Assembly (NCBI GenBank): GCA_044892525.1
Contig: CM097886.1
Coordinates: 184,934,312 to 184,998,311 of the forward strand
Length of the DNA: 64,000 nt
Origin: Schmidtea polychroa
Lineage: Eukaryota
Reading direction: 5' to 3'
Under the pieces are notes generated by a model that saw nothing but the letters and a program-made list of their open reading frames with translations, did not search any database and was not told where the DNA came from. The stretch's first letter is position 1; the number at the start of each line of letters is the position of its first letter. Below are positions 10,875-23,877 of this stretch, in pieces. A program made the position numbers and the translations under genes.

Positions 10875-13800
10875 NNNNNNNNNNNNNNNNNNNNNNNNNN
10901 NNNNNNNNNNNNNNNNNNNNNNNNNNNNNNNNNNNNNNNNNNNNNNNNNNNNNNNNNNNNNNNNNNNNNNNNNNNNNNNNNNNNNNNNNNNNNNNNNNNN
11001 NNNNNNNNNNNNNNNNNNNNNNNNNNNNATAAAATTATAAATTCAAATCTAGATTGATCAAGTATTGAGTGTAGAAAATGAATAATAAATAAATAATAAT
11101 TTCTACGAGAATGGCACCAAATGTTATCGATTATGAATAAATTGAGGTCAAACAAAATAAATAGAAGAATTCTTAATGAAAACATTTTGGACATTTTATA
11201 AATGTTGAAAATAATTTTTCAGTCAACAACTAACAAAAATATAAAAAAAATTTATTTACTCGCTGCAGAAAATTGTTGAATTTAAATATTAAAATTAAAA
11301 GTTTCAATAAATCAGTAAATAATCAAAATTAGATTTCTCTCTTATTTGTTTTTTTTTGTTTTAATGACGTAAAGAAATAATAATACGTATATTAATCATA
11401 CTAAGACTTCATAATCCGATTGATAAGAATTCCAGTAATTAATCAAATGATGTGACTTATTTTATCTTATAAGAACCATTTTACGGATTCAAATGCGTTG
11501 GGCGTTTTGTGACTGATCCGCTGATCTATTATAGGGCTTATGAAATAGTGAGTGCAAACCTGTACAATGTTTTGCATTAATTACTTGACTGAATCTGGTC
11601 CATTATGGGTTTCAGCATTAAAAAGCTATCTATTAGAAATAGCTAATAGATAATATATTTATATAAAAGAAATACTTTATTTATCTCATATGTTCCTAAT
11701 TCATGGCNNNNNNNNNNNNNNNNNNNNNNNNNNNNNNNNNNNNNNNNNNNNNNNNNNNNNNNNNNNNNNNNNNNNNNNNNNNNNNNNNNNNNNNNNNNNN
11801 NNNNNNNNNNNNNNNNNNNNNNNNNNNNNNNNNNNNNNNNNNNNNNNNNNNNNNNNNNNNGCAGCATTTATTATTTAAAACAATAAAATGATAATTTAAG
11901 CCTTTTTCTGCATTTTTTGAAATTTAAAGAAAACAGAAAAAATAAAAAATTATTAATGCAGCAAAAGGNNNNNNNNNNNNNNNNNNNNNNNNNNNNNNNN
12001 NNNNNNNNNNNNNNNNNNNNNNNNNNNNNNNNNNNNNNNNNNNNNNNNNNNNNNNNNNNNNNNNNNNNNNNNNNNNNNNNNNNNNNNNNNNNNNNNNNNT
12101 TTTAACTTAAGCTACCAATGTACATTAGATAATTTAATTAATTTTACTTTACTTTTTTAACAAATTTGCTAATTACTTTTACAATATTAATTTTTACAAA
12201 GTAAATTGGATATCAATAAATAGATAATTAAATTTACAATATAAATTATATCAAATTCGTAAAATAGTGTCAGATTGAAAATTTACTATGCTGGTTTGAA
12301 ATAATTTACCACCAAGTTAACATTATGACCAACAAAATTTTAGATTTTTATTTATTATTATTATAGAATAAAATTTAGCATTAGAATCATCTTCGAAAAT
12401 GTAAATATTATCAAAACTTAAATTTTTATTTGAAATTTTCGAAATCACGCTGCCGAAACTTTACCACCACAGCGACATTTTCATTAATAACTTTTTAAAT
12501 AATAATTATTAGAAACTAATTTTAGCATTACTGGAAAGATAATAAAATTTAGATTATAAATCATCTTAGAACTTTTAAATATTATCAAAAGTAAAATTAT
12601 ACTTGGCAAATATTGCAATCCAATACCATGTGTTTTGTATCTAATTAATTAATTAATAAAATTAAACTTTTCAAATTTACAATTTCGCCAAAAAGGCANN
12701 NNNNNNNNNNNNNNNNNNNNNNNNNNNNNNNNNNNNNNNNNNNNNNNNNNNNNNNNNNNNNNNNNNNNNNNNNNNNNNNNNNNNNNNNNNNNNNNNNNNN
12801 NNNNNNNNNNNNNNNNNNNNNNNNNNNNNNNNNNNNNNNNNNNNNNNNNNNNNNNNNNNNNNNNNNNNNNNNNNNNNNNNCTTAAGATAAAATCTTTTTT
12901 GAGGAATTTTAAATATTAATTGAAATTATAAAATAATATGTAAAAATAATATTTTTAAATATGTTTCTAATAGAAAATTTTAAAACTAACATTTTTAGAA
13001 ACTATTTGAATTTAAAAATATCGATTTGTTTTAAGAACGAAAATATTTATTTAAATAATATTGATTGGTTGAACTTTGGATTAAATAAACTTTACAAAAA
13101 TTTAATTAGATTAGATAAACAATTTTATTGTAAGTTGCCTTCATAAATTGATATTAATATTATCCTAATTGTATTAATATTTAATTCAATAAAAAAGTTT
13201 ATTAATTACCTAATTAAAATTAAATTAATAAAAATTAATTAATATAATCTAGAATTTCCCAAAAATTTGTAATAAATATTTTCATAGAAAAGAGAAATTG
13301 GAATGAATAATAATATTCTTGTTTTCCATGTTTAAATGACATTCGAATGGCGCATAATTCTTTAATCTAATTACGAGGGAAATACTTTCTCTGTCTTGTG
13401 AGATAATTTATGTAAATTGTTTACTTGGATTTATTTTTTCCTCATTTGACATATTTTCTATAAATAATTTTATCGAAATTTCAAAATAAATAAACAAATT
13501 ATTATTTGTTGGCTTGGGAACTTTGTTGATGGGAAATTTTTTGGTATACTCATTAAAACATTCATTTAGCTTTTATTTTTAAATATGTCTAAATTAGGAT
13601 TTTAAAAATAAAACATACTAATAATTTTTTTTTAATTTATTTTAGAAAATTTATTAAAAAGATATTTTATTTTTATTTTATTTAAATAAATGTTAACTGA
13701 TTTGGTCGTATTTTAATTAATTTTATTTATTGATAATCAACTAAAATTCACTTGATGATTGGCTGATAGTTTATAATCGACCTCAATGACCCTGTTGAAT

Positions 13801-13981
13801 TATCGCTTGTATGCTCGATTATTATTATAATTTAGCTTTTACATATTATGATTTATTTTCAATTGAATGAAAACTAATTGAAAATGCTGAATTAAGTACA
13901 TTAAGAACTTGAAAATATGTTTAATAATATAAATTTTTAATAAAACAAAGAATGATTTTAAGATTCCTATTGTATTAAAAT

Positions 13982-15734
13982 CAGGCCGTACCGTCGGGGG
14001 GGCCCAGGAGGGCCCGGCCCCCCCAAATAAAAAAACAGACATGAATAAAAAATTACATTCAATATGTTTGATAAAAGAAAAATTGCTATCGTGCACACAT
14101 GCATTGAGTTGCACATGTAGAGGTTTATGTAGTGTGGACGGGGGTAGGATGTTCCATCTATCTGCCTCACTGGAAGAGACTGGCATGTGAAGTCGGTGGC
14201 ATGGGTAGGGTGCGTGCTGTCTGTCTTTCCTGCCTCACAGGCAGTAACAACGCATGGAGGCATGATTGAGTGTCAGAGCACGGAGTGGGTGCATTGTGGT
14301 CTTCATACGATGGTAGAGAGATAGGCCAATGAGAGCACATCACATGTCATTATACTCAACTCACTCCTATGGCAGAGTGACATGTTAATTGATCATATTT
14401 TGTAACATTATTTTCATCGTATTAGATTCTAATATTATTAGAATAATATTATTAGAATTATATTATTAAATCTTATATTTTTTTCACTCTATGTTTAGAA
14501 AATTTTTAAAAATGAAAATTTAAGTTTAAAAGTTAAGAGACTTCCTGATAGAAAAAAAACAGCCAACAATAGCTTGCAGGGTCAAGCAATGGACCTTTCT
14601 TCAGCATGTGATGTTATGGATGCCGTCATAGAGCGCATTCGCAGCCTACGCAATGAAGAGGAATTCCAAGTTCTTTTTGGGAAATTCGAAGGTCAAATGG
14701 ATATGGAGCAGACACCAAAAAGAAGAAGAACTCAGATGAACTCAAAATTAGACAACTTCATTGTGTTCGGATCTGTGGGACAGCCAGAACACCAGGCCTT
14801 GCCTATCAGATGCGCATATCGCCAGATGTATTACGAAGTCGTTGATAGGACTCTGCAGGAAATAACAAAAAGCTTCGGTGTCACCAACAGAAGCCTTTAT
14901 AAGTCTCTTGCATGTTTCAAGACTGATCACGCAAACTTTTTGAATATTGAGGATCTAAAGACTTTAGCGACACTGTGTGGCGTGGACCTAAGCGAAACCC
15001 AACATGAATTTGAAACTGCAAAGGTTTTCCTATTGAAGAGAGCCAGTACTGTGACAAACGTTCATCAGTTAGTGCAAGAACTGTACTCATACCGAGATGC
15101 TTTTCCATCTGTCTATCGTCTTGCAGCTTCTGCACTGACAATCGGTGCTTCAACTGCCACATGTGAGGCGACTTTCAGTACTTTATCTCGTGTCTTAACT
15201 CCCTTTCGTACGTCGATGAGCCATTCTCGTAAAGCCAACTTTGTATTGCTCTCATTTGAAAGTAACATCAGTAATAACATCAAATCTGATGAGTTTCTTC
15301 GGCGGTTTCATGAAATGAAAAATCGTCGACTGCAGCTATTTTGAGTCATGTCGATATCTCACACACGTAATTTCTTTTTTCTGGATCTAGTTCCTGTGTA
15401 ATTTCTATTGCACTCACCTTTAGTTTTCAAATCTGTGTGACTGTGTGTTCTGTCTTTGTATGTCCAAATACATGCAGCTATTTGTTTTTTGTGTTTGTTC
15501 CTAAAAAATGTGCGAAAATCATTTTCTATATACTAGTATATGCAATAATGTAGCAAAATAATGCTCAGACAAAATGTCGATTTTGCTTTCCTTTTTTTTA
15601 AATTGAACATTTCGGAGTGCAAAGTGTGAGTAGTGACTAGTCTGTTTTCATAAAATACTTAGTTTACACGAGAATTACTGGCCCCTCAAACGCAAGTCTG
15701 CCCCCCCGTCAAAAGGTGTCACGGTACGGGGCTG
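13982..15734 (+). mobile_element. Internally deleted hAT DNA transposon, 1753 bp
   Basis: Perfect 8-bp TSD ATTAAAAT (13974-13981, 15735-15742). Imperfect TIR CAGGCCGTACCGT / ACGGTACGGGGCTG. Carries a transposase 3' half. Confidence 0.92.
14574..15344 (+). pseudogene. C-terminal about 256 aa of a hAT (ZMYM1-like) transposase with hATC dimerization domain; 5' half missing
   Basis: FPSVYRLAASALTIGASTATCEATFSTLSRV..FRTSM and LQGQAMDLSSAC motifs. The frame is uninterrupted but starts at a non-ATG codon after an AT-rich block. Confidence 0.85.
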
Positions 15735-16315
15735 ATTAAAATTAATAAGAGATTAAAGAAAACCTATTCCACGTAACAATTTTAAAGTTTCAAAATGGTT
15801 CAATAAAACAAAGCAATAAAAAAACAGTGTGTTTTAAAATTTTACATCGTATTGTGCCATTTCCAAATTCAATCTGCTACAGATACACACTATTTGATGC
15901 ATACACACATACCGGCTAGTTGCATGCACAAACTCATTAGTTGCATACACACACTCATTAGTTTCATCCGATCATAACCACGGGGAAAATGTTAAATACA
16001 TCCTGTTTTATTTACACTTATTTAAATTACAAACTAGCACACACTTTTGAGAATATTGCGCATTTTTTGTATTTTCTATCAAACCACAAACATTTCACTC
16101 GAGTGTGACATATAATTTGTCTGATTGAACCAACATTTACTATTGAAAATATAAACAATTCATTAAATAAATATTTACATGATTTTTGTTGAATGTAAAG
16201 CAAGCATATTTATTACATTTTTGTTGTGTTTATTGTTTTATTTTTCCTACCTTTAATTATAAATTCAATTTTACATATTAATATTGGATATAAATAACAA
16301 CAAAAAGTCACCACT

Positions 16316-17680
16316 TTAGGCGCACACCCAGGATCTTTACTTGTGGGGCTTAATTTTAGAAAACACATTTTTAAGGGTCGAGTTCATTTTGAATAGGAAG
16401 GGGGTTAAATTCATTTACTACAAAGGGTGCAGCTTATTTTACTCAGTCAACGACACTGCTTATCAAATCTTATTATCCTGAAGACTTAGTAAGCTCTTTT
16501 GTAGTTAATCGTTTCCAGTTAATAATTTAAATATTTTATTGTCATTGTGGGGGGAGGGGTGGACTCAAGTTCACAATCTCTCCTTGGGTGCTCATCTGGA
16601 GCCTATTCATTTGTAAATGTTTGTTTTCCATAACATAAGTTTAATAATTTAATACAAAAGATTATTTTCTATTAGTAAATATTAAATTTTTAATTATAAA
16701 AATAATTAGCTAATGTGAGAAATTTCATTAAATTTCTAGAAAATCGTGAAATCAGTGCAGAAATTGAAGATTTTACAAAATAAACCAAAAAACAAAATTT
16801 TAGAAGTGTAAATGAGAATGCCATTTGATCTCCATTTTTTAACATCTAAAAGACATCTTTATGTCGAAATTTTGAACCCGCCACATTTTTTATTATCTAT
16901 CAATTGTGTTAATAAATATGAATTTATAAATAATTGAGTGAAGGTCTTCTAGTGAAGGTCTCTAATGAAGGTCTCTAGTGAAGGTCTTCTTGTTAAGGTC
17001 TTCTAACTAAGGTCTTTTTGTAAAGGTCTTCATATGAAGGTCTTCTTGTGAAGGTCTTCTAGTGAAGGTATTTAGTGAAGGTCTTCAAATGAAGGTATTT
17101 TAATGAAGGTTTTCTATTAAAGGTCTTATGAACCTTAATTTGTAGGAGAAATGAATATTATTGAAACAGAATTGAGTTTTCTCGCACTGGGAATATCATC
17201 AGAACTGCCTTTCATAAATTTCCCAAAATTACTTAGTGCCAGGAAAAAATTGGGGTAGGTCACCATTTTGATATGAAAAATGATTAGTTATATCAAAGCT
17301 TTGATAAAGGACACCCAGCAACATCCATAAGGTAAACATTATCACAATTCAATTAATCATCCTCATCTATAAAAGATTTATTATTGTAGAGCTCCACTTT
17401 AGAAAAAAGATTTTTAAGGTTCGAGTTCATTTTCAATACATAATACACGAGAAAAACAAAATATTAACTACTTTTATATTCATTTTGAATAGGAGGGGTT
17501 TAAATGAATTTATTTTTACACAGTCAACGCTACTGCTTATCAAATCTTATTATCCTGAGGACTTAGTAAGCTCTTTTGTAATTAATCATTAATTTAGATT
17601 TTTTATAGTCATGAGGGGGGCTTAAATCCACGAGCTCCCTTTCGGTGCGCATCTGGACCCCATTCATTTGTAAATCTTTG
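16316..17680 (+). repeat. Two diverged direct copies of a 290-300 bp segment (about 16316-16620 and 17393-17680), possibly old MITEs
   Basis: Both contain CAGTCAACG..ACTGCTTATCAAATCTTATTATCCTGA.GACTTAGTAAGCTCTTTT and end in GGTGC.CATCTGGA.C..ATTCATTTGTAAAT. No TSD found. Confidence 0.7.
16938..17128. repeat. 13-14 bp minisatellite (AGTGAAGGTCTTCT), about 14 units
   Basis: Tandem AAGGTCT core visible directly. Confidence 0.9.
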
Positions 17681-18920
17681 TGCTAAGTTCACTAATCCCT
17701 TGTAGATTTATATATTTTTATTATATAGTTTGGAATAAATTATATGAAAAGTAGCACTATTCTCACATTCGCCATCTTTTATTGAATTTTCACTTATTTT
17801 TCAAGGATTTTTGCAATATATTAACACTGATATAATTTTTAGCTTGCCGATCCAGTAGTTTTTACATTCTATATAAATGAAATAATATTAAATTTAAATG
17901 NNNNNNNNNNNNNNNNNNNNNNNNNNNNNNNNNNNNNNNNNNNNNNNNNNNNNNNNNNNNNNNNNNNNNNNNNNNNNNNNNNNNNNNNNNNNNNNNNNNN
18001 NNNNNNNNNNNNNNNNNNNNNNNNNNNNNNNNNNNNNNNNNNNNNNNNNNNNNNNNNNNNNNNNNNNNNNNNNNNNNNNNNNNNNNNNNNNNNNNNNNNN
18101 NNNNNNNNNNNNNNNNNNNNNNNNNNNNNNNNNNNNNNNNNNNNNNNNNNNNNNNNNNNNNNNNNNNNNNNNNNNNNNNNNNNNNNNNNNNNNNNNNNNN
18201 NNNNNNNNNNNNNNNNNNNNNNNNNNNNNNNNNTAATGACATACCAGGTCAACAGTTTGATTCAATATTATCCAAATCTTTATGAATAAACATAAACAGC
18301 AGCCCCACCCGAATGAAATTTGTTTCAAAAAATAATTCAAAAATTAAAAGCAATTATGAATTAAACTTAATCTTATTGGTTGAATTAATCTAACCAATCA
18401 CGTTGCATTTCTATTTGATTTTGAAAAGTTTTTGTCGAATGTTTTAATTATAATTGAAATAAACAAAATAAATATTTACAATTGCATAGACAGACTGACA
18501 GGAGATTTGGACAAAATTTGCCCATCTCTATTTATTAAATTTTTCAATTTCATTGTCTTACATTTCTATTATTTGTTTTAATGTTTAATAAAGTTTACAT
18601 TTACATTGATTGATAAAGCATTCCTGGAGAAGTAAGGACGTCCATTCCAGATAATTCTGTTTCAAGAGGAGGGGAGGGGGGCGGGGGTGGGAGAAAATTT
18701 ACATTTTTAAACTATAATAAAATCTTTTCGTATTATTTCTATTATTTTTGCCATCAACCTTAATTACCTTAAAGAGCCTTGTGACATTGGAGTTTTATCT
18801 TTTAATAGTTTTCATTTCATTATTATTCCAAAAGAAGTAATTATATAATCTATTCAAGGATAATTTGGATTTTTCAAAAATATTCGATTTTATATTTTAT
18901 CTTTTTTACCATTATTTTAC

Positions 18921-19250
18921 CATGACCCTGTGATCATGTGACCCTGTCATTATCTCACCTTGTGATCATATGGCATTGTGATTACTTGACCTTGTGATCA
19001 TATGGCATTGTGATTACCTGACCTTGTGATCATGTGACCCTGTGATCATGTGACCCTGTGATCATATGACCTGTGATTATCTCACCTTGTGATCATATGG
19101 CATTGTGATTACCTGACCTTGTGATCATGTGACCCTGTGATTATCTCACCTTGTGATCATATGGCATTGTGACTACTTGACCTTGTGATCATGTGACCCT
19201 GTGATTACCTGACCTTGTGATCGTATAACCTTGTGATTATCTGACCTCTT
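18921..19250. repeat. 16-17 bp minisatellite (CTGTGATCATGTGACC and variants), about 19 units
   Basis: Tandem TGTGATCA/TGTGATTA units with higher-order re-duplication. Confidence 0.9.
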
Positions 19251-20924
19251 AATTATATATTAAATGATTAAAGGCCATGGAACCCTACCATTAATTGGTG
19301 TTAATAAAACTTTCTTGTGCATTGGACAACGTAAGTTTAAAATGAAATATAACTGTAAATTATTGTTAAAGAAAGCTAGTTCTCAAAGACCCCGATAAAG
19401 TCGTAAAAATAAATTGATTTTTATTACTCACAAATTACTGCTAATAAACAAAAATATTTATTGACAATGATTCAATTTATTCCGGATTTGATTTCTTATT
19501 TATTTGTTTTCGTTGTTTAAATACACTAAAAAGATTATTGCTAATTTGCGATAGAAAAAAACGAAATATGAAAAATACACCAGTAAAACAAATAAAATAA
19601 CAATTTAATCGATTTTGTTGCAATTTTAAACAAATCAAAAGTTGTTTTAATCGATCAAAATTGTAAATTTATTGATAAAATATCTTTCAATTAAATTTTC
19701 AAATAACATTTATGTAAATCAAATTGTTGCTTATATGACTGATTAATGTGNNNNNNNNNNNNNNNNNNNNNNNNNNNNNNNNNNNNNNNNNNNNNNNNNN
19801 NNNNNNNNNNNNNNNNNNNNNNNNNNNNNNNNNNNNNNNNNNNNNNNNNNNNNNNNNNNNNNNNNNNNNNNNNNNNNNNNNNNNNNNNNNNNNNNNNNNN
19901 NNNNNNNNNNNNNNNNNNNNNNNNNNNNNNNNNNNNNNNNNNNNNNNNNNNNNNNNNNNNNNNNNNNNNNNNNNNNNNNNNNNNNNNNNNNNNNNNNNNN
20001 NNNNNNNNNNNNNNNNNNNNNNNNNNNNNNNNNNNNNNNNNNNNNNNNNNNNNNNNNNNNNNNNNNNNNNNNNNNNNNNNNNNNNNNNNNNNNNNNNNNN
20101 TTATTAAAATTCTTGACTAAAAATCAGTAAAGATAATAAAAAGGCAATCGATATATTTACTGATTCATCATATTCAAGTTAATTAATAAATACAATGTCA
20201 ATTGAAAATAAATCAGTGGTGAAAATTGAAAAAAGTTCTTCTAATAATATTAATAATAATAATAACAATAATAAATAATAATTTTATTTTATTCGAAATT
20301 ATCTTTTCTCAATCTTATCTGAAAATCGACTTTCCTAAATTTTATAATGCATAATATATCCAATTTCACTAAAATTTTTTTTTTAATATTAAACTTATTT
20401 AAAAACAATTTATATTAATTTTACCAAAAAGGAAAATTGAAGAATTTACAAAATTTGTGGGACAAGAGTCGAATTGGGCCAGACTGGAAATTATTGACAT
20501 GAAAGAAACAAACGTCATTTGAGATAAACAAAATAACTAATTCTACAAATTTGAGAAACGATGTTATTAGCTACAACTATTTTCAAATATTATAAATAAT
20601 ACATTTGTTAATTACAAAATGTATATCAAATAACCATTTGGTACATATTGGTCCACATTTCTACATTCAAATTATAGATATTGGAAGGACATTTACAACA
20701 TTTGACCAAGAACTTAAAACAGGTAAATGCATTTTTCTTTGTTCTTTACGTTTTTGTTTGTTGTGATCTTTTGAAAAAGGGTTTAACTAAATATTAGTTT
20801 TTAAATATTAAAACCAGTACCGTATCAAAACACCATATATGGTGCATCGGTCAGTGTTTATGAAGAAGGGCTCTAATTGGTTCTATATGAAATTCGACTA
20901 CCGGACAATATAGATTGATTAAAA

Positions 20925-21660
20925 ATAGAGCTTGAAGACCATAAATCAGTAATATATCGATGTTTTTTGATACTCACAAATTTTCGGTACTGCTTGTTTT
21001 AAGTGAATTTCTAGTAAATTCACTTGAAAAAGGCAGTGACGAAAATTCGTGAGTATCAACAAACATCGATATATTCAGTGCTCGAAGTGGAACAAAATAT
21101 GTGCCGGGATAGGCATGCTGTGGCACCCGGGATTCCAGGCTTTTATGCAGAAATTCTCAGTTGGGGGTGTTGCAAAACTTTTGGGGGTGTCCAACAAATT
21201 TTGGGGGGGGGGGTGTCCACCCATTTAATCATAAGTTTCAGAATATACCTACCTATCCATTACTGCTGCTTGGGAAATTCTTAATTGAATAGAGAATAGA
21301 GAATAAAGAACTTTAAATTGGTACCGAAAATTGTAATTAAATTTCATTGAAGAAACGTATCAAGTAATAATAAAAATACTTAAATATACATATATGGATG
21401 TACTATGTGTGACCTTAATTGCAGTATTTGTGTGCCTATAAAATGAAATAAGTACCGGGATAAACCTATAGATTATATGAAATGAAGTGCCGGGATGCAA
21501 TTCCACCTACATAATCAATGCCGGGATAATATCCCGGCTATCCCGCCTCACTTCGAGCACTGGATATATTACTGATTTATAGTCTTCAAGCTCTCTTTTT
21601 AATAAATTCAATGGAAAAAATAATTAGTGGTGAAATTGGAAAAAAGTTCTTATAGTATAG
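20925..21660. repeat. Foldback family A palindromic copy interrupted by a hAT MITE
   Basis: Left arm about 20925-21008 and right arm 21015-21075 plus 21563-21660, centred on AAGTGAATTTCTAGTAAATTCACTT. Confidence 0.75.
21076..21562. mobile_element. hAT-type MITE, 487 bp
   Basis: 14-bp TIR CAGTGCTCGAAGTG / CACTTCGAGCACTG and 8-bp TSD GATATATT (21068-21075, 21563-21570). Internal T[G/A]CCGGGAT subterminal repeats. Confidence 0.93.
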
Positions 21661-22485
21661 ATTGAGCAATTACGCAATAATTAATATTGGATGTTACATT
21701 AAAAAATATTATTAATAAATAATCGCTTATGTCTAAATCTATTGACCAGTCGAACAAGGTCAAGATATTCTATATATAAAAAGAGTCACAAAACACACGC
21801 AAAAAGTAATTTTGATAAAATCGCTCAATTTCCTCCGCCCTAGACTTCAAAAAACTCCAACGAAAAAGTCCATTAGCGTTAAATTTCAATTTTATAATTT
21901 TACTTAACAATTTATTGTATGCTTTGCCTTTTACTCATTAACATCACTAATTGTTCAGTTGTATATTTGTTATTAAACCAGTAAATACAAACGCTTTATA
22001 TTGTGTCAAATTCATGTAAAGTACGCAAAATGATTATTAATAAGTCGAAAACTTCGGTCTCGTTTATCAATTTACATGTTCTAGCTTGAGAACATATTGA
22101 CCAATATTAGTAACCACAATAAGGGCTGTAAGAGTAAAATAGGTATGTTTGATTTTAAAATTTTATTAAAAAATTTCGACAATTATTAGGAACGTGTAAT
22201 TTGTTATAAAATTAATGTGCAGAATGCAGTGAATACTTGTGTTTTAAATGTTTTAAAATAATTTATTGTATATTAAATGTATGGATTGTTGTTGTTAAAT
22301 TAAATAATTATTAAATTATTAAATTAAATTTCAATATTTTAAAATTTTATATTTGATAACTAAAATTTAAAAAAATAATATATTATTTGAATTATAAAAA
22401 AATATTTTTTTATTAAAAATTTGATATAATTAATACCATTAATAAATTAGTTCAAAAATATATAATTTCTATAATTATTATATCC

Positions 22486-22524
22486 TACCTGATGATGACA
22501 GGAAAACTATCGAAATATATCGTA
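22486..22524 (+). ncRNA. Minimal type I hammerhead ribozyme motif (third, diverged copy)
   Basis: UAC-CUGAUGA(22489-22495)-U-GACAG-GAAAA-CUAUC-GAAA(22512-22515)-UAUAU-C(22521)-GUA. 3-bp stem I, AUC cleavage triplet, one mismatch in stem II. Downstream about 25 nt is homologous to the hairpin copies. Confidence 0.7.
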
Positions 22525-23877
22525 AAACAAATGTTTGATTGGCGCTGCCTTATAATTAAATCGTTGACATGTATGTTTAACTATTTATTTAAAAATGATA
22601 TTAAAATAATTTTTAAAAATAAAAAATGAGACTGATATAAATGTAATTAATAAATCATTTATAACAATTAATAAATTATATAAATTTAAAATCCTTTGTC
22701 AAAGTATAATATAACAACGTCACACCCCCCTCCTCTACGAATAATAATAAAACAAAATAAACATTTGCTGTTGAATTTGATAAAACAAATTGATATGAAT
22801 TTTTGAACCAATTTTTAATCGCATTCAAAATTTTAATGAATTTATAATAGAAATTAATTGATTTCATTTTTGTTTAATCGGTAATCACATTTAAACAAAT
22901 GATGACAATTTTCCTACATCTTACAGCCTCAAAGTATGCGGCCCGTTGCTCGTGGAATTGTATAAAAACAAATGATAATTAATCACCAGTTGTCATTTTA
23001 AATACAAATTACATTTATTTTTTAAAGAAAACAATTAAGCAATTAATTAAATACATAATGAAATTTTTATTATATTTCCTTCAATTCGTTTTGTCTGGTG
23101 GGTGAATTATGCTTTTCAAATGCATTAAACTCATCACTTAAATATTACAACAAAAAAAACAATTATAATTATAATAATTAATTCTCTATCTATTTTTTAA
23201 ACAAAATGAATGAAATATTTTAGCGATTTAAACAATAATATTTATTTATTTTGATAATACAGTGGATCGTTAATAATCATCAGCGATTTGAGCTATTTTT
23301 AGATTAAATTCCAATTATTAAAACAAAAAACAAATTTAATTAAAAAAAATTTAAAGAAATTAATGCCAATTTTTTGTTGAAATCAAATTATTAACCAATG
23401 AAATTTGTAGCTTTATTTTTAATTAAATGGAAAATTATAATATAAATAATTTTATTATGGGATAATTTGATCATCCCAAGTTACAATAAGATCCATTTTA
23501 TATACTCACATTTCCCTTTGCTTTAGGTTCATTTTTCTAGATGAAGCTTTATTTTATTTTTTATGTGACTTATTCCCTTGGTACGGAAACCAGTTATACA
23601 TTGACCAGTATTTCATCAGCATATCTATATAAAATTTCTAATAAAAAAATATTTAAAAAGTATATTATAAGCTTTACCGCAAGTATTTATAACATTTTTA
23701 CAAAACGCCAATCATGCATGACGGGCATAATGCAAACCGACAATAAATACACCCGTTTGCGAGAGTTAACATTGTCTATAATACACCTAATTCCAGATGT
23801 TAAAAGTCTCTATAATACATGTTAGTGTGTTCATCAGTTGATGGCTCACCATTTATGAGAATGTGAAGTTATTTACT

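Noticed and set aside
11445-11525. Possible C/D box snoRNA (ATGATG...CTGA)
   Set aside because: Imperfect C box, no terminal stem, no recognisable rRNA complement and no host intron.
21769-22085. Helitron-like 5' end TCTATATATAAAA
   Set aside because: No convincing GC-rich 3' hairpin plus CTAG terminus and no second copy in the window.
23541-23825. 94-aa ORF with a signal-like start (MKLYFIFYVTYSLG)
   Set aside because: Composition matches AT-rich background; no homology or second copy supports it.
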